From an uncultured Candidatus Binatia bacterium (GTDB lineage: Bacteria > Desulfobacterota > Binatia > Bin18), in assembly GCA_965200965.1 (NCBI GenBank), contig OZ241744.1, positions 384,001-448,000 on the forward strand: 64,000 nucleotides of DNA, in the 5' to 3' direction. Under the pieces are notes generated by a model. It was not told the origin of the DNA, did not search any database, and saw nothing but the letters and a program-made list of their open reading frames with translations. The stretch's first letter is position 1. Each line of letters begins with the position of its first letter. Positions 30,813 through 41,415 of the stretch are shown in pieces. The position numbers were made by a program, and so were the translations under genes.

Positions 30813-32042
30813 TCAGTCCGGCTCTGGCAGGTCATAGCTTGCGGCGGGGGCGGGGGCCGGCAGGCCGAACCAGCCCTCGGTGCGCTGGCAGACACGGACG
30901 AGCAGCAGCATGACCGGCACTTCAATCAGAACGCCGACCACGGTGGCCAGGGCCGCCGCGGAGGACAGCCCGAACAGCATGGTGGCGGTGGCGATGGCCA
31001 CCTCAAAGTGGTTTGAGGCACCGATCAGGGCGGACGGAGCGGCGTCCTGATAGGACAAGCGCAATACCCTGGCCAAGCCATAGGTAAGACCGAAGATCAG
31101 CACGGTCTGAATGAACAGCGGGATGGCGACCCACACAATCGTCAGCGGGTTGGCCACAATCACCTCACCCTTGAGCGAAAACAAGACTACCAGGGTCAGC
31201 AGCAGGGCCACGATGGTGACAGGCGTGAGCAGGGGGAGAAACCGCTGGCTGAACCAGACCTCGCCCTTGGCACCGATAATCCAGCGCCGTGACCAATACC
31301 CGGCCAGCAGCGGCAGGACGACATAGACGCCGATGGACAGCATGAGCGCCTGCCACGGGACGGGCAGCCGGCCGACCCCCAGCAGGAACCCGCCCAGCAC
31401 GCCGTACAGCACCAGCATGGTCAGCGAGTTCAGGGCCACCATGACCAGGGTCAGGCCGCTGTTGCCCTGCGCCAGATGGCCCCACACCAGGACCATCGCC
31501 GTACACGGCGCAACCCCGAGCAGGATGCAGCCGGCCAGATAGCTCCGCCACAGGGGCACGGCCAGCATCCTGACCCCATCAACCAGCACCACTTCTCCGG
31601 CCCCGTAGAAGCTGCCAACCGGCAACGACAGGCCGAGCGGCAGCTTCACATAGTCAATCGCCTCGGGGCCGATGAAGCCCCGGAACAGCACACCCAGACA
31701 CAGGGCGGCAATGGCGTACATGCTGAAGGGTTTGATCGCCCAGTTGACAAACAGCGTCAGGCCGACCGGCTTGGCGTTGCGGCTGGCGGTGGCAACCTTG
31801 GCAAAGTCAATTTTGACCATGATCGGGTACATCATGAAGAACAGACAGACCGCAATGGGAATAGAAACGACCGGAGCATTGCCAACATAGAGCGCCATGC
31901 CGTCCAGGGCAGTCGCCAGCCCGGGCACGGTCCGGCCCAGGCCAATGCCGCCAAGAATGCATAGGCCGACCCACAGGCTGAGGTAGCGTTCAAAGATGGA
32001 CATGTCCCGGGTTGAGGGGCCGGCGGGTGTTGGGTGTGACAT
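30813..32042 (-). CDS. acr3: ACR3 family arsenite efflux transporter
   Basis: FERYLSLWV; [11 protein letters not shown]; NWAIKPF; APCTAMV; [11 protein letters not shown]; GVLIEVPVM. Confidence 0.95.
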   Translation of the reverse strand: MSHPTPAGPSTRDMSIFERYLSLWVGLCILGGIGLGRTVPGLATALDGMALYVGNAPVVSIPIAVCLFFMMYPIMVKIDFAKVATASRNAKPVGLTLFVNWAIKPFSMYAIAALCLGVLFRGFIGPEAIDYVKLPLGLSLPVGSFYGAGEVVLVDGVRMLAVPLWRSYLAGCILLGVAPCTAMVLVWGHLAQGNSGLTLVMVALNSLTMLVLYGVLGGFLLGVGRLPVPWQALMLSIGVYVVLPLLAGYWSRRWIIGAKGEVWFSQRFLPLLTPVTIVALLLTLVVLFSLKGEVIVANPLTIVWVAIPLFIQTVLIFGLTYGLARVLRLSYQDAAPSALIGASNHFEVAIATATMLFGLSSAAALATVVGVLIEVPVMLLLVRVCQRTEGWFGLPAPAPAASYDLPEPD

Positions 32043-32054
32043 GGCGGCTTGCCT

Positions 32055-32477
32055 CTAGCGACAGCACTGATCCGACGCTTGGTTGGGCGTTGGCGTGTCT
32101 TCGGGAGCCCTGAAGACCTCGCTGTCGCCCTGGAACTTGTAGAACTCCCACAGCAGGCCCTCGGGGTCTGTGGAGTACACCGTGCTCTTTCTGGCGTAGC
32201 AGCAGGTCTCATCCCGAATGACCTCGTCGGCCAGACCCTGGGGTTCGAGGCGTTCCAGCGTCTCTTCGACCTCGCCGAGGTCCATCTCAAAACCGACATG
32301 GTTCAGCCGCTCGGTCGCCTCTGGGGCTTCAAACAGGACGAGTTTGATCGGCGGCGAGTCCAGGGCAAAATTGGCATAGCCGGGCTTGCGTTTGTTGACC
32401 GGCGCACCCAGCAGCTTGGAATAATAGCCAATGGCCTCATCAAGGTTGCGGACATTCAGGGCAAGTTGGAAGCGCAT
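32055..32477 (-). CDS. ArsI/CadI family VOC metalloenzyme
   Basis: QLALNV; KPGYANF; LNHVG; vicinal TCCYA; DPEG..WEFY. Confidence 0.88.
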   Translation of the reverse strand: MRFQLALNVRNLDEAIGYYSKLLGAPVNKRKPGYANFALDSPPIKLVLFEAPEATERLNHVGFEMDLGEVEETLERLEPQGLADEVIRDETCCYARKSTVYSTDPEGLLWEFYKFQGDSEVFRAPEDTPTPNQASDQCCR

Positions 32478-32502
32478 AGTCTCCTCCTTTCCTTACGGAG
32501 CC

Positions 32503-32823
32503 TCAGCAGCATACATGCAGAGAGGGTTCTTGGGGCTCAACACCCCGGCAGCAGTTTTCGGTTAAGAACGCGAGCAAGGCGTTCATCGTCTCAAAGTTGG
32601 CCTTGTAAATGAGGGAGCGGCCCTCGCGCCGACACAAGACTGTGCCGGCATGTTTGAGCTCCTTGAGGTGGAACGACAGGGTCGCGGCCGGAATACCGAG
32701 GGTCTGTCCGATAGCACCTGCGGCCAAGCCCTCTTTTCCGGCCCGAACCAGCAGGCGGAAGATGTCGAGGCGGGTTTCCTGGGCCAGGGCTGACAGGATG
32801 CTGACGGTCTGTTTGTTCTCCAT
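32503..32823 (-). CDS. arsR: ArsR/SmtB family repressor
   Basis: LSALAQETRLDIFRLL; TLSFHLKEL; LTENCC. Confidence 0.92.
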   Translation of the reverse strand: MENKQTVSILSALAQETRLDIFRLLVRAGKEGLAAGAIGQTLGIPAATLSFHLKELKHAGTVLCRREGRSLIYKANFETMNALLAFLTENCCRGVEPQEPSLHVCC

Positions 32824-32857
32824 ATTTCCAACATAGTAAAAATATGGAAAATGTCAA
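32822..32857 (-). promoter_or_regulatory. arsR sigma70 promoter with overlapping palindromic operator (probably leaderless mRNA)
   Basis: TTGACA-16nt-TATGTT, then 6 nt to ATG; imperfect palindrome ATATTTTTA-N6-TGGAAATAT. Confidence 0.65.
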
Positions 32858-32913
32858 GTCCCAGCGCTGACTGTGGGGCAGGCTGTCGAAGCGTAGGCCG
32901 ACAGCCTTGCGCT

Positions 32914-33645
32914 TCAGAAGGGTTCTTTGCAGGGCCGCAGGTCAATTTCCAGCGACCAAGCGGTCGGGTGCTGGGTGTGGAGATACCAGTAGGCGTCGGC
33001 GATGGCGTCGGTGTTCAACATGCCGTCCTCGCCCTTCGTGTTGATATAGTCCGGGAAGCGCGCATGGATCATATCGCCGTTGACGCCGCCGTCGATAATG
33101 ATGTGAGCGACATGGATGCCCTTTGGCCCCCAGTCCCGCGCCATTGTCTGGCACAGGGCACGGAGGCCGGCTTTGGCCGCGGCAAATGAGCCAAAGGGCG
33201 GCTTGCCGCGCAGCGAGCCGCTTGCGCCGGTAAACAGCAGTGTGCCCCTGCCATGTGGCAGCATCCGGCGGCCGGCTTCCCGACCGACCAGAAAGCCGCC
33301 AAAGCAGCCGACCCGCCACACCCGCTCAAAAAACTCGGCCTCCATGTCCAGGATGTCCTTCAGAAAATTATTGCCGGCATTATAGACCACCACCTCAAGC
33401 CGGCCGGCCTGTTCCGCGGCATCAAACAGACGAATCACCTCGGTTTCTTTGGTGGTGTCGGTGACGACAGCCCTTGCCGCGCCGCCGGAGGCGATGATCC
33501 TGCTGCTGACCGCGTTGATCTTTTCGGCGGTGCGGCCGGCGATAAGGACATGGTAGCCCTCGCCGGCAAATCGTTTGCACACTGCCCCGCCAATACCGAG
33601 TTCTGCGCCAACGCCGACAACAATAGCCGTTTTCTGTTCGTCCAT
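32914..33645 (-). CDS. SDR family oxidoreductase
   Basis: GVGAELGIG; YNAG; TGASGSLRG; FAAAKAG; HIIIDG. Confidence 0.9.
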   Translation of the reverse strand: MDEQKTAIVVGVGAELGIGGAVCKRFAGEGYHVLIAGRTAEKINAVSSRIIASGGAARAVVTDTTKETEVIRLFDAAEQAGRLEVVVYNAGNNFLKDILDMEAEFFERVWRVGCFGGFLVGREAGRRMLPHGRGTLLFTGASGSLRGKPPFGSFAAAKAGLRALCQTMARDWGPKGIHVAHIIIDGGVNGDMIHARFPDYINTKGEDGMLNTDAIADAYWYLHTQHPTAWSLEIDLRPCKEPF

Positions 33646-33669
33646 AGCAAGTCCTCCCATGCTCTCCGG

Positions 33670-34278
33670 TCAGGCTTTGGCGCTTGGCCGCTGTGTGATC
33701 GCCTCGTACCAGCGCGCCAGATGCGCCCAGGCCGGATCAGGATAAAACTGAGACTCGGCTATAAAGTCAATGCCGACCATGAGGCTGATGTCTGCCAGCG
33801 AAAAGGCCGAACTCAGCCATTCGCTGTGCTGGAGATGGGCGTTTATCAGGCTGAGGCGGGCGGTGAGCACCTCGCCGGCCTCTTTGACGACCGCGGTGTT
33901 CTGCACAACGCCCCGGGCCGCAAAATGCGGGCTGGAATGCAGAAAGCGGCGCGTGCCCTGGAGAATCACCCCCAGCTCGGCCCGCCGTTCCCAGACCCGG
34001 ACCAGGGCCCGGCTGAGGGGGTCACGGCCCAGCAGCGGGGGCGAGGGCTGGAGTTCTTCCAGGTATTCAATAATGGCCAGGGATTCTGGAATGACCGTGC
34101 CGTTGTCCAACTCCAGAATCGGAACAGCACCAAATGGGTTGCGCTGTAAAAATTCCGGGCGGCGCTGCTCCCCACCCAGCAGATCGACCGGCCGCAGGGC
34201 CGGCGAGAGGCCCTTTTCGGCACAATAGACACGGACCTTGCGACAGTTCGGCGACAGGGGATGATCGTATAGCTGCAT
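33670..34278 (-). CDS. Glutathione S-transferase family protein
   Basis: SPNCRKV; NPFGAVPIL; ESLAIIEYL; FSLADI. Confidence 0.9.
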   Translation of the reverse strand: MQLYDHPLSPNCRKVRVYCAEKGLSPALRPVDLLGGEQRRPEFLQRNPFGAVPILELDNGTVIPESLAIIEYLEELQPSPPLLGRDPLSRALVRVWERRAELGVILQGTRRFLHSSPHFAARGVVQNTAVVKEAGEVLTARLSLINAHLQHSEWLSSAFSLADISLMVGIDFIAESQFYPDPAWAHLARWYEAITQRPSAKA

Positions 34279-34398
34279 GAGCACTTCCTCTGCGTGGCGA
34301 CGCTGTGCCTGGGTGTGTCCCAAAACGGACCGGAATGCAAGCCTTTTCTTGTGTTGGGGGCCGGCGCGTGCTATGGCTGAGTGACGAGGAGAGACCGC

Positions 34399-34602
34399 AT
34401 GACACACCACACCGTTCTTTCGAGCGATTCGCACCCTGGTGAACCCCCTGACCTGTACGCCCAGGGTATGCCGCACTCAGAGTCAACTTGGCCCAAGTCG
34501 CTGGAGTTTTTGGACCGCATGTTTGCCGGTGTGCCTGACGACGAGCGACGGCAGCTGAGCTGTGACAACGCGGTCAAACGGTTCCGGTTCGACCTTGGGT
34601 AA
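34399..34602 (+). pseudogene. Amidohydrolase_2 gene collapsed by a large in-frame internal deletion
   Basis: N-terminal VLSSDSHPGEPPDLY joined directly to C-terminal PHSESTWP...ERRQLSCDNAVKRF. Confidence 0.7.
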
Positions 34603-34681
34603 GGGCTGAAGAACAGGCCGGGACAGAAGGGCCGCCTTTTTCTTGTCTGGTGTGGCGCTCGGCCCCGAGGCAGGAAGGATC

Positions 34682-34903
34682 ATGCCGACCCGGAGAGCAC
34701 ACCCGCTCGTCAGCAAGCCCGACCCTCACTTGGCGGACGGCTCGCCGTGGCGGACGGGGCCGGGAAGGAAGCGCGGTGTCATCGCCAAGGCGCTGGTCAC
34801 GCTGTGTCTGTCCGCGGCCGTCGCGCTGCTGGCATATGCGCGGGTGGACACCCATGTGAAGCCCTGCCTGGAACAGCTCTGGCAGGCGTTGCACCGCGGC
34901 TGA
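34682..34903 (+). CDS. Small membrane hypothetical protein
   Basis: AGGA SD; one hydrophobic helix. Confidence 0.4.
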   Translation: MPTRRAHPLVSKPDPHLADGSPWRTGPGRKRGVIAKALVTLCLSAAVALLAYARVDTHVKPCLEQLWQALHRG

Positions 34904-34930
34904 GTGCTGCGCCTGCCGAGCAGGGCCGGC

Positions 34931-35422
34931 TCAGTCGTCCTGCCGAATCTTGACGGTCAGTTGCTGGCGTCCCCACTTGAGCGCTTTTTTGCGGGTGGAA
35001 AAATACACATCGAGCCGATTCGGGCCTTTGATGGCGCTGCCGATGTCTTCCACCACGCCTTTTCCGTAACCGGGGATTTTCATTTCCGTGCCGTAGGGGT
35101 AGTAGCGCGTATCCGCGGCAATGGTGCCCTTGCCGGCCCTGGTGCCGCTGGAGGTGATGCCCACCCGTTTGCGTTTGCCCTTATTGGGGCCGCTGGCAAC
35201 ATAGGCGCGCCAGAACAAAATGCGCCCCCGTCGCCAGTTGGTGCTGATCTTGTCGGACGAGTAGGCGGTCACGACCATCTGGCGCTCGACATAATGGGCG
35301 CAGCCGGCCAAGCACAGCACGGCCAGCAGCACGACCACACCGAAGCGGCTGAGCGGCGGCACGCGCCAAGTCCCCTGTGCTGCTGCCCTCTGACCTGGGC
35401 GGACCAAGACTTTCCTTCCCAT
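34931..35422 (-). CDS. 3D-domain lipoprotein (start uncertain)
   Basis: LAGC lipobox; VTAY; IAADT; EDIGSAIKG; LDVYF. Confidence 0.8.
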   Translation of the reverse strand: MGRKVLVRPGQRAAAQGTWRVPPLSRFGVVVLLAVLCLAGCAHYVERQMVVTAYSSDKISTNWRRGRILFWRAYVASGPNKGKRKRVGITSSGTRAGKGTIAADTRYYPYGTEMKIPGYGKGVVEDIGSAIKGPNRLDVYFSTRKKALKWGRQQLTVKIRQDD

Positions 35423-35468
35423 ACTCCACCTCCCTCTTTCCAGCCACCTGGGGCAAAGTCTGTCTGGC

Positions 35469-36468
35469 TCACGGCCTCATCCAGCCCGAAGGTCGGATGC
35501 GAGAGCCTGACAGTCTAGCCAATCGGCGTCCGCGGTTCCAGTCAGGCGCTGGCGAGAAGGACAGGCGGGCAAGGGCGATATTGCCGCCCGACAGGATGAT
35601 GGCCACCCGCTTGCCGTGTATATTGCACCGTGAACCCGGCAGCGCGCCCAGCGGGACCGCGGCTGAAGGCTCGACAATAATTTTCATCCGCTCCCAGATC
35701 AGCCGCATGGCCCGGATGATATCTGCCTCGCTGACCGTCACAATGTCGTCTACAGCCTCCCGGATGATGCCAAAGGTCTGTCGCCCAGTGAGGTCAGCAG
35801 CCCGTCGGCAATGGTGTGGGGATTGACCGACGGAATAATATGACCGGCCCGCACGGACCGACAGGCGTCGTCTGCGCCCTTGGGCTCGGCGGCTATGACG
35901 CGGGTGTGTGGAGACACGGCGCGGAGCCGCCACCGCCAAGCGGGGTCAGGACAAGGTCCAGGTCGGGCATATCTTCGAGTATCTCCAGGGACGCGGAGGC
36001 TTGGCCGGCGATAAGGTGCTCGTCGTTGTAGGGCGGAATACAGATCGCGCCGGTTTCGGCCACGATCTGGGCCAGCCGGGACTTTCGGGCTTCAAGAGTT
36101 GGGGCGCAAAACGTGATCTGCGTCCCGCAGCCGGCAACCGCAGCCTTTTTGACCTGCGGGGCAGTGCCCGGCATCACTACATAGGCCCGGACCCCCCGCA
36201 GTTGGGCGGCCAGGGCCGCGGCGTGGTTGCCGGAGGAGTGGGTGGCAACGCCCGCGGCCGCGGCTTGGTCGCTGAGGGACAATACCGCGTTGGTTGCCCC
36301 GCGAATCTTGAAGGCCCCGCCTTTCTGGAAGTTTTCGCACTTGAAGAACAGCTGGGTGCCGACAATACGGCCAGTGCCGGTACAGCGCAGAATCGGCGTG
36401 CGGTAGATATGGAGACGGATGCGGCCTGCGGCAGCGCGGATGTCGGTCAGGGTGGGAATCAAAGCCAT
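35469..36468 (-). pseudogene. Serine/threonine dehydratase (PLP fold II), multiply frameshifted
   Basis: FKCENFQKGGAFKIRGA; SSGNHA; PLGGGG; then IIVEPSAA...ILSGGN in another frame. Confidence 0.85.
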
Positions 36469-36558
36469 TGGCAGCCTGCTCGTCCAGGAGCGTGTATCAG
36501 CGGCTCATCCCGCCAGCACCGTGCAGGGTCGGAACAGGCCCATTGTGATACTCCTTCC

Positions 36559-37785
36559 TCAAATCACTCCCTGGTCTTTGAGCGCCTCGAGCCGGTCGTC
36601 GGCCAGACCGAGGACCTGGCCATACACCTCTGCGTTGTGTGCGCCCAGTTCCGGGGCCGGCTGGTCGAACTGCACCGGGTTTTGGACAAACTTGATCGGC
36701 ATGCCAAAGCCTTTTACGCCCGGCATCGGGCCGTGGGTGGGGTGAGACAGGGGCACGACCATGTCCCGGGCCGCCAGATGTTCGTCTTCCAGCAGTTGCT
36801 GGGGACTCAGGACCGGGCTGGAGGGCACCTCATGCGCCTGAAGGATCGAGACCGCCTCGGCAACCGTGTGCCGCGCTATCCAGGCCTGCATAAGCTGGTC
36901 AACCTCGGCCCGGTTCCTAATCCGGTTTGACAGGTGGGCGTAGCGGGGGTCGCCCTTGAGGTCTTCGCGGCCAATCGCCCGCAGACAGTTTTCCCAGCCA
37001 CGGGCGGTGACGGCGCACACCGAAACATGGCCATCCGAGGCGTCGTAGACATTGAACGGCGCTCCGCCGATGTGCGAGTTGCCGCGACGAACCGGAATTT
37101 CTCCAGCGTTCAGGTATTCGACCAGCTCGGGCAGAAAAAAGAAGGTCCCGTCCTGCATGGAGATATCGACCCACTCGCCTCTGCCGGTTTTGTCCCGGAG
37201 TTGCAGGGCGGACAGAATACCTATGACCCCGAACAGCGGGGCGGTGGTGTCGCTGATGGCTGCCCCGCAGCGGACCGGGTGGCGGTCGGGGAAGCCGGTG
37301 ACGCTGCTAATCCCGCCCATGGCCTGAATAATCGGGTCGTACGCCCGCCACTCGCTGTAGGGGCCGGTCTGGCCAAAGCCCGAGATGGAGCACAGGATGA
37401 GGCGCGGGTTGATGTCCTGGAGGATGGGAAAGCCGAGTCCCATCTTGTCCAGCGTGCCGGGCGAGTAGTTCTCAACCACAATATCGGCTTTGGCGCACAG
37501 CCCTTTGAACAGTTCAATGCCTTGGGGTGAGCGGAGGTTGAGGGTCACGCTTTTCTTGTTGCGGGCCCGATGCAGGACCATCAGGCCGATGTCGTCGTTG
37601 GTCTGCTTGGTGAGGCTGGCACCGTGGGGGCCGGCGTAGGGGGGGCGGTCACGGTGGCCTTCGCCTTTGCCCGGGGGTTCGATTTTGATGACCTCAGCCC
37701 CCAAGCCGCCCAGCAGCAGGGTGCAGTAGGGGCCGGCCAGGAAACGGGTCAGGTCAAGGACAAGCAGATCGTGTAGCGGCTTCAT
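36559..37785 (-). CDS. CaiB/BaiF family III CoA-transferase
   Basis: LDLTRFLAGPYC; RNKKSVTLNL; ADIVVENY; GFGQTGP; APELGAH. Confidence 0.92.
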   Translation of the reverse strand: MKPLHDLLVLDLTRFLAGPYCTLLLGGLGAEVIKIEPPGKGEGHRDRPPYAGPHGASLTKQTNDDIGLMVLHRARNKKSVTLNLRSPQGIELFKGLCAKADIVVENYSPGTLDKMGLGFPILQDINPRLILCSISGFGQTGPYSEWRAYDPIIQAMGGISSVTGFPDRHPVRCGAAISDTTAPLFGVIGILSALQLRDKTGRGEWVDISMQDGTFFFLPELVEYLNAGEIPVRRGNSHIGGAPFNVYDASDGHVSVCAVTARGWENCLRAIGREDLKGDPRYAHLSNRIRNRAEVDQLMQAWIARHTVAEAVSILQAHEVPSSPVLSPQQLLEDEHLAARDMVVPLSHPTHGPMPGVKGFGMPIKFVQNPVQFDQPAPELGAHNAEVYGQVLGLADDRLEALKDQGVI

Positions 37786-37843
37786 ATTCCCTCCTCCCGA
37801 CTGATGAAGCTGGGGAGAGCAAGAGATTCCTCATGTTGACCCC

Positions 37844-39019
37844 TTATGCACGCGCCTCCAGCGGATACAGCCGCAGGGCGTTATTCCACATGATCTTGCG
37901 TTTGCTGTCTGTGGAAACACCGGGCAGGCCGGGCAACTCCTGGGACGCGCTGGCATAGTTGCGGCCTTCGGGGTGGCCGAAGTCGGTCGCGGTCACGATG
38001 TTGTCATCACCCATCACCTCAATGACCTGTTTGATGCCGGGGTCGTCCTGGTTGGCCGCGATGTAGCACTGACGCTGGAAGTAGTCGATGGGGTACAGTG
38101 TGAGACCTGGATTTTCCAGGTCGCGGAAACCGCCCTGGACGCCGGCATCCAGGCGGTCGATCCAGAACGCCGCCCAGCCGGCCCCGGATTCGAGACGCAC
38201 GACGCGCAGTTTTGGATGGCGTTCGAGCACCCCGCCCATAATCAGGGCCGCACTGGCAATCATATTGCCCAGAGTGAAGGCCATAGTGCCCTGGATGGAG
38301 CGTAGCCGGGGCAGGTAATAGTACAGCATCTCGTCCGCGGCCTTGCCGGCTCCAACGTGGATGGCCAGCGGCACGTCAAGGTCCTCGAGGGCGCTCCACA
38401 GCCGATCGTACATCCGGTACTCGCCGACCGGGGTGGGGTTGATGTGGACCGCCTTGAAACCAAAGTCTTTGACACACTGCCGGGCCTCTCGGACCGCCTC
38501 GTCAGGATCACGCAGGTCAATAGACGCCGCGCCAACGACCCGGTCACCGGCATTGGTACAGAAGTCGTGCAACTCGTTGTAGGCCCGACGGTAGGCGGCC
38601 GCGGTGACGGCTTTGAGCTGAGGGACCGCGGTCACATACAGGCCGACGGTTGGGTGGACAACCATATAATCAATACCGGTTCGTTCCAGGTCCAGCTCAT
38701 ACAGGTCGGGCGGAAAGCCTTTGCGGGCAAAGCCGGCATAGGCCTCATTGTGCTCGCGCATGACAATACGGGTGCCGGCGTCGCCCAGGGTCGGCTGGCC
38801 GTTGGGCATCGGGTCTCGGCCAAACGGCATCACAGAGTCCCGGTCGCCGTGGGCCGCAGGGATGGGCACCGAAATGCCAGAGCCGGGCGGCTGGCCCTGA
38901 TGGTCCGCCCACGCCCGCGGCATTTCGGAACGAAACGAGGCTTCAAGATACCTCTCAAACAGGTCGGCCGGTTCGAGGAGGTGCGTATCGCTGTCAATAA
39001 AGTTCTACCCCTGGTACAG
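37844..39019 (-). pseudogene. Amidohydrolase_2 family protein with damaged 5' end
   Basis: After a GGAGG SD the frame reads CTG-Y-Q-G-TAG-NFIDSDTHLLEPADL; the remainder (37844-38923) has LESGAGW, TDFGHPE, NALRLY. Confidence 0.75.
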
Positions 39020-39185
39020 GACTCTCCTCCTGTGGCGGGACGCGGCCACTATGACCGTCTCGGCCTCGTCAAGTCAAGAGATGTGGGCCGCCCACGCCGG
39101 TCGGCCGTGGCCCTGGCCAACCGGCGCAACTGGCATCTGCCCGCTCAGTCAGATATAATAGGCATAGTAAGGAGAGACGTGTTTG

Positions 39186-40412
39186 TTGACATTTCCCGAA
39201 CTTGGACTCCGATCCGAATTGCTCCGCGCCCTTGATGACGCCTGCTACACGGTTCCAACGCCGGTCCAGACTCAGGCCATCCCGGTTGTGATGGATGGCA
39301 AAGATCTGCTGGCCTGTGCCCAGACCGGGACCGGAAAAACCGCCGGCTTCCTGCTGCCCATTCTACACGAGTTGGCCCGCACCAAAGGCCCTCGGCTGCG
39401 GGCGCTGGTCCTCAGCCCGACCCGTGAGCTGGCCGCTCAGCTCGGTAAGAGCACCCTGACCTATGGAAAATATCTCCAGCTTCGTTCGGCGGTGGTGTTC
39501 GGTGGGGTGGGGCTTGGACCACAGATTGAACAACTGGAGCGGGGCGTCGATCTCTTGATTGCCACCCCGGGGCGGTTGCTTGACCATATGCAGCGGGGCA
39601 ACTTGGCCTTTCATGCCCTGACCGCGGTTGTGCTTGACGAGGCCGACCGGATGCTCGACATGGGGTTTTTGCCCGATGTGCGCCGTATCCTTGACGCCCT
39701 CCCGACCGAGCGTCAGACGCTGCTGTTTTCCGCTACCATGCCCACCGAGATTGAGCACTTGGCCTACGAGGTGATGCAGTCTCCAGTCGTGGTTGACATC
39801 GGTCCTAGGGCCACACCGGTTTCGACCGTGCGCCAAGTGCTGTATTTGGTTGAGGCTGAACGGAAGAGCGCCCTGCTCCACTATCTCTTACAGCGAGGAC
39901 GGATGCGCCATGTGCTCGTCTTTACCCGGACAAAAAGCCGGGCCGACTGGCTGGCCCGCCGGCTGAGCCAGACCGGCCGCCAGATAGAAGCCTTACACGG
40001 GGATAAAAGCCAAGGGCTCCGCACACGCGCCCTGGACGGCTTTCGGACCGGGCAGATCGATGTGCTGGTGGCCACCGATGTGGCGGCCCGCGGGCTGGAT
40101 GTGCAGGGTATCTCGCATGTCATCAACTTCGATGTACCGCAGGTCGCCGACGATTACGTCCACCGGATCGGTCGGACCGCCCGCGCCACCGCCCGCGGCG
40201 ACGCGATCTCACTGGCCTGTCTGGACGAACTGAGTTGTGTGCGGGCAATTGAGCACAGCCTCGGCGTTGAGATCCCGCGCAAAATGGTGCGTGGCTTTGA
40301 GCCGGGCACTCTGACCGTGCGCCAGTTTACCCAGCCCCAGGCTTCCCGGGCGGCGCGGATTGCCAACGGCGCGATCCGGCACTTTGCCCCGCGCGGCCAG
40401 AAAAGGTGGTAG
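39186..40412 (+). CDS. DEAD-box RNA helicase (RhlE-like)
   Basis: AQTGTGKT; PTRELA; DEAD; SAT; ARGLD; HRIGRT. Confidence 0.93.
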   Translation: MTFPELGLRSELLRALDDACYTVPTPVQTQAIPVVMDGKDLLACAQTGTGKTAGFLLPILHELARTKGPRLRALVLSPTRELAAQLGKSTLTYGKYLQLRSAVVFGGVGLGPQIEQLERGVDLLIATPGRLLDHMQRGNLAFHALTAVVLDEADRMLDMGFLPDVRRILDALPTERQTLLFSATMPTEIEHLAYEVMQSPVVVDIGPRATPVSTVRQVLYLVEAERKSALLHYLLQRGRMRHVLVFTRTKSRADWLARRLSQTGRQIEALHGDKSQGLRTRALDGFRTGQIDVLVATDVAARGLDVQGISHVINFDVPQVADDYVHRIGRTARATARGDAISLACLDELSCVRAIEHSLGVEIPRKMVRGFEPGTLTVRQFTQPQASRAARIANGAIRHFAPRGQKRW

Positions 40413-40505
40413 CTGGGCCACCTCATCTTTCCGGCTGGCTTTCGTCAGTTCCGGGTATGCGCGGCTCCGGCTGCCACGCTCGGAGAAGGGCTCGCCCGGG
40501 GCCTT

Positions 40506-41384
40506 TCAGCCGCGTTGCGACATGGTTGCTGCATAGCGTTTGATTTCGGCAAACAGCTTAGGGGTTTCTTCATCGCTTGCTGATACCAGACCGTACAAGA
40601 CATGGGTGCCCAGCTTGTCAAAGACATCGGCCACCGCCTCGGTGGCGTCTGTACCGACGAGGCAGCTGATTTCGAGCTGGCTGAAATCGCGGCCGGCGTC
40701 GGCCATCAAAGACCGCAGTTGGTCGAGTTTTTGGCCAATAGCGTCCGGCATCAGCCCCGCTGGTTGCCAGCCATTGGCACAGCGGACGACACGCCGCAGG
40801 GCGGCCGTGCTGTTGCCGCCGACCCAAATTGGCGGGTAGGGTTTCTGGACCGGGTAGGGGCCAAAGTTCACGTCCCGGTCAATGGTGACGAACCTCCCCT
40901 CAATCCGCGGGTGGGCGTCTGTCCACAGGGCTTTCATGACCTCAATGTATTCGTCGGTCATGCGCCCTCGCTCGGCAAACGGGGCGTTCAAAAAGTTGAA
41001 CTCCTCTTCGATCCAGCCAGTACCGATGCCGGCAATAATGCGCCCGTTTGAGAGCGTGTCGAGGGTGGCGAGCATTTTTGCTGTCACCGCCGGGTGGCGA
41101 TAGGGAACGATGAAGACGCTGGTTCCGAGCCGGACGGTGGCGGTGAGCGAGGCCATAAAGCCCAGCATGGCAAAGCAGTCCGGCCAGTGCTGCTCCTGAT
41201 ACATGTGGATTTGGGGGTCTTCGACCGGCAGCGGAAACCTGGAGTTGATTTTGCGCGGCGGCAAAACATGGTCTCCGATCAAGATCGACTCATAGCCCAG
41301 TTCTTCCGCCAGCTGGCAGACATCTCTGAGCACGGCCGGGTCGGTGACAGAAACGCCGTTAGCCAAGTGTAAACCGTATTGCAT
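40506..41384 (-). CDS. LLM class (probably F420-dependent) oxidoreductase
   Basis: AEELGYESILIGDH; LGTSV..VPYRHP; GIGTGW..EEF; PPIWVGG. Confidence 0.9.
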   Translation of the reverse strand: MQYGLHLANGVSVTDPAVLRDVCQLAEELGYESILIGDHVLPPRKINSRFPLPVEDPQIHMYQEQHWPDCFAMLGFMASLTATVRLGTSVFIVPYRHPAVTAKMLATLDTLSNGRIIAGIGTGWIEEEFNFLNAPFAERGRMTDEYIEVMKALWTDAHPRIEGRFVTIDRDVNFGPYPVQKPYPPIWVGGNSTAALRRVVRCANGWQPAGLMPDAIGQKLDQLRSLMADAGRDFSQLEISCLVGTDATEAVADVFDKLGTHVLYGLVSASDEETPKLFAEIKRYAATMSQRG

Positions 41385-41415
41385 GTGGGGCTCCTTATTT
41401 TTGTGCGGGTTGTTG

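Noticed and set aside
39005-39007. In-frame TAG as pyrrolysine or readthrough
   Set aside because: The start codon is also degraded (CTG) and the gene appears to have further small deletions, so a pseudogene is simpler
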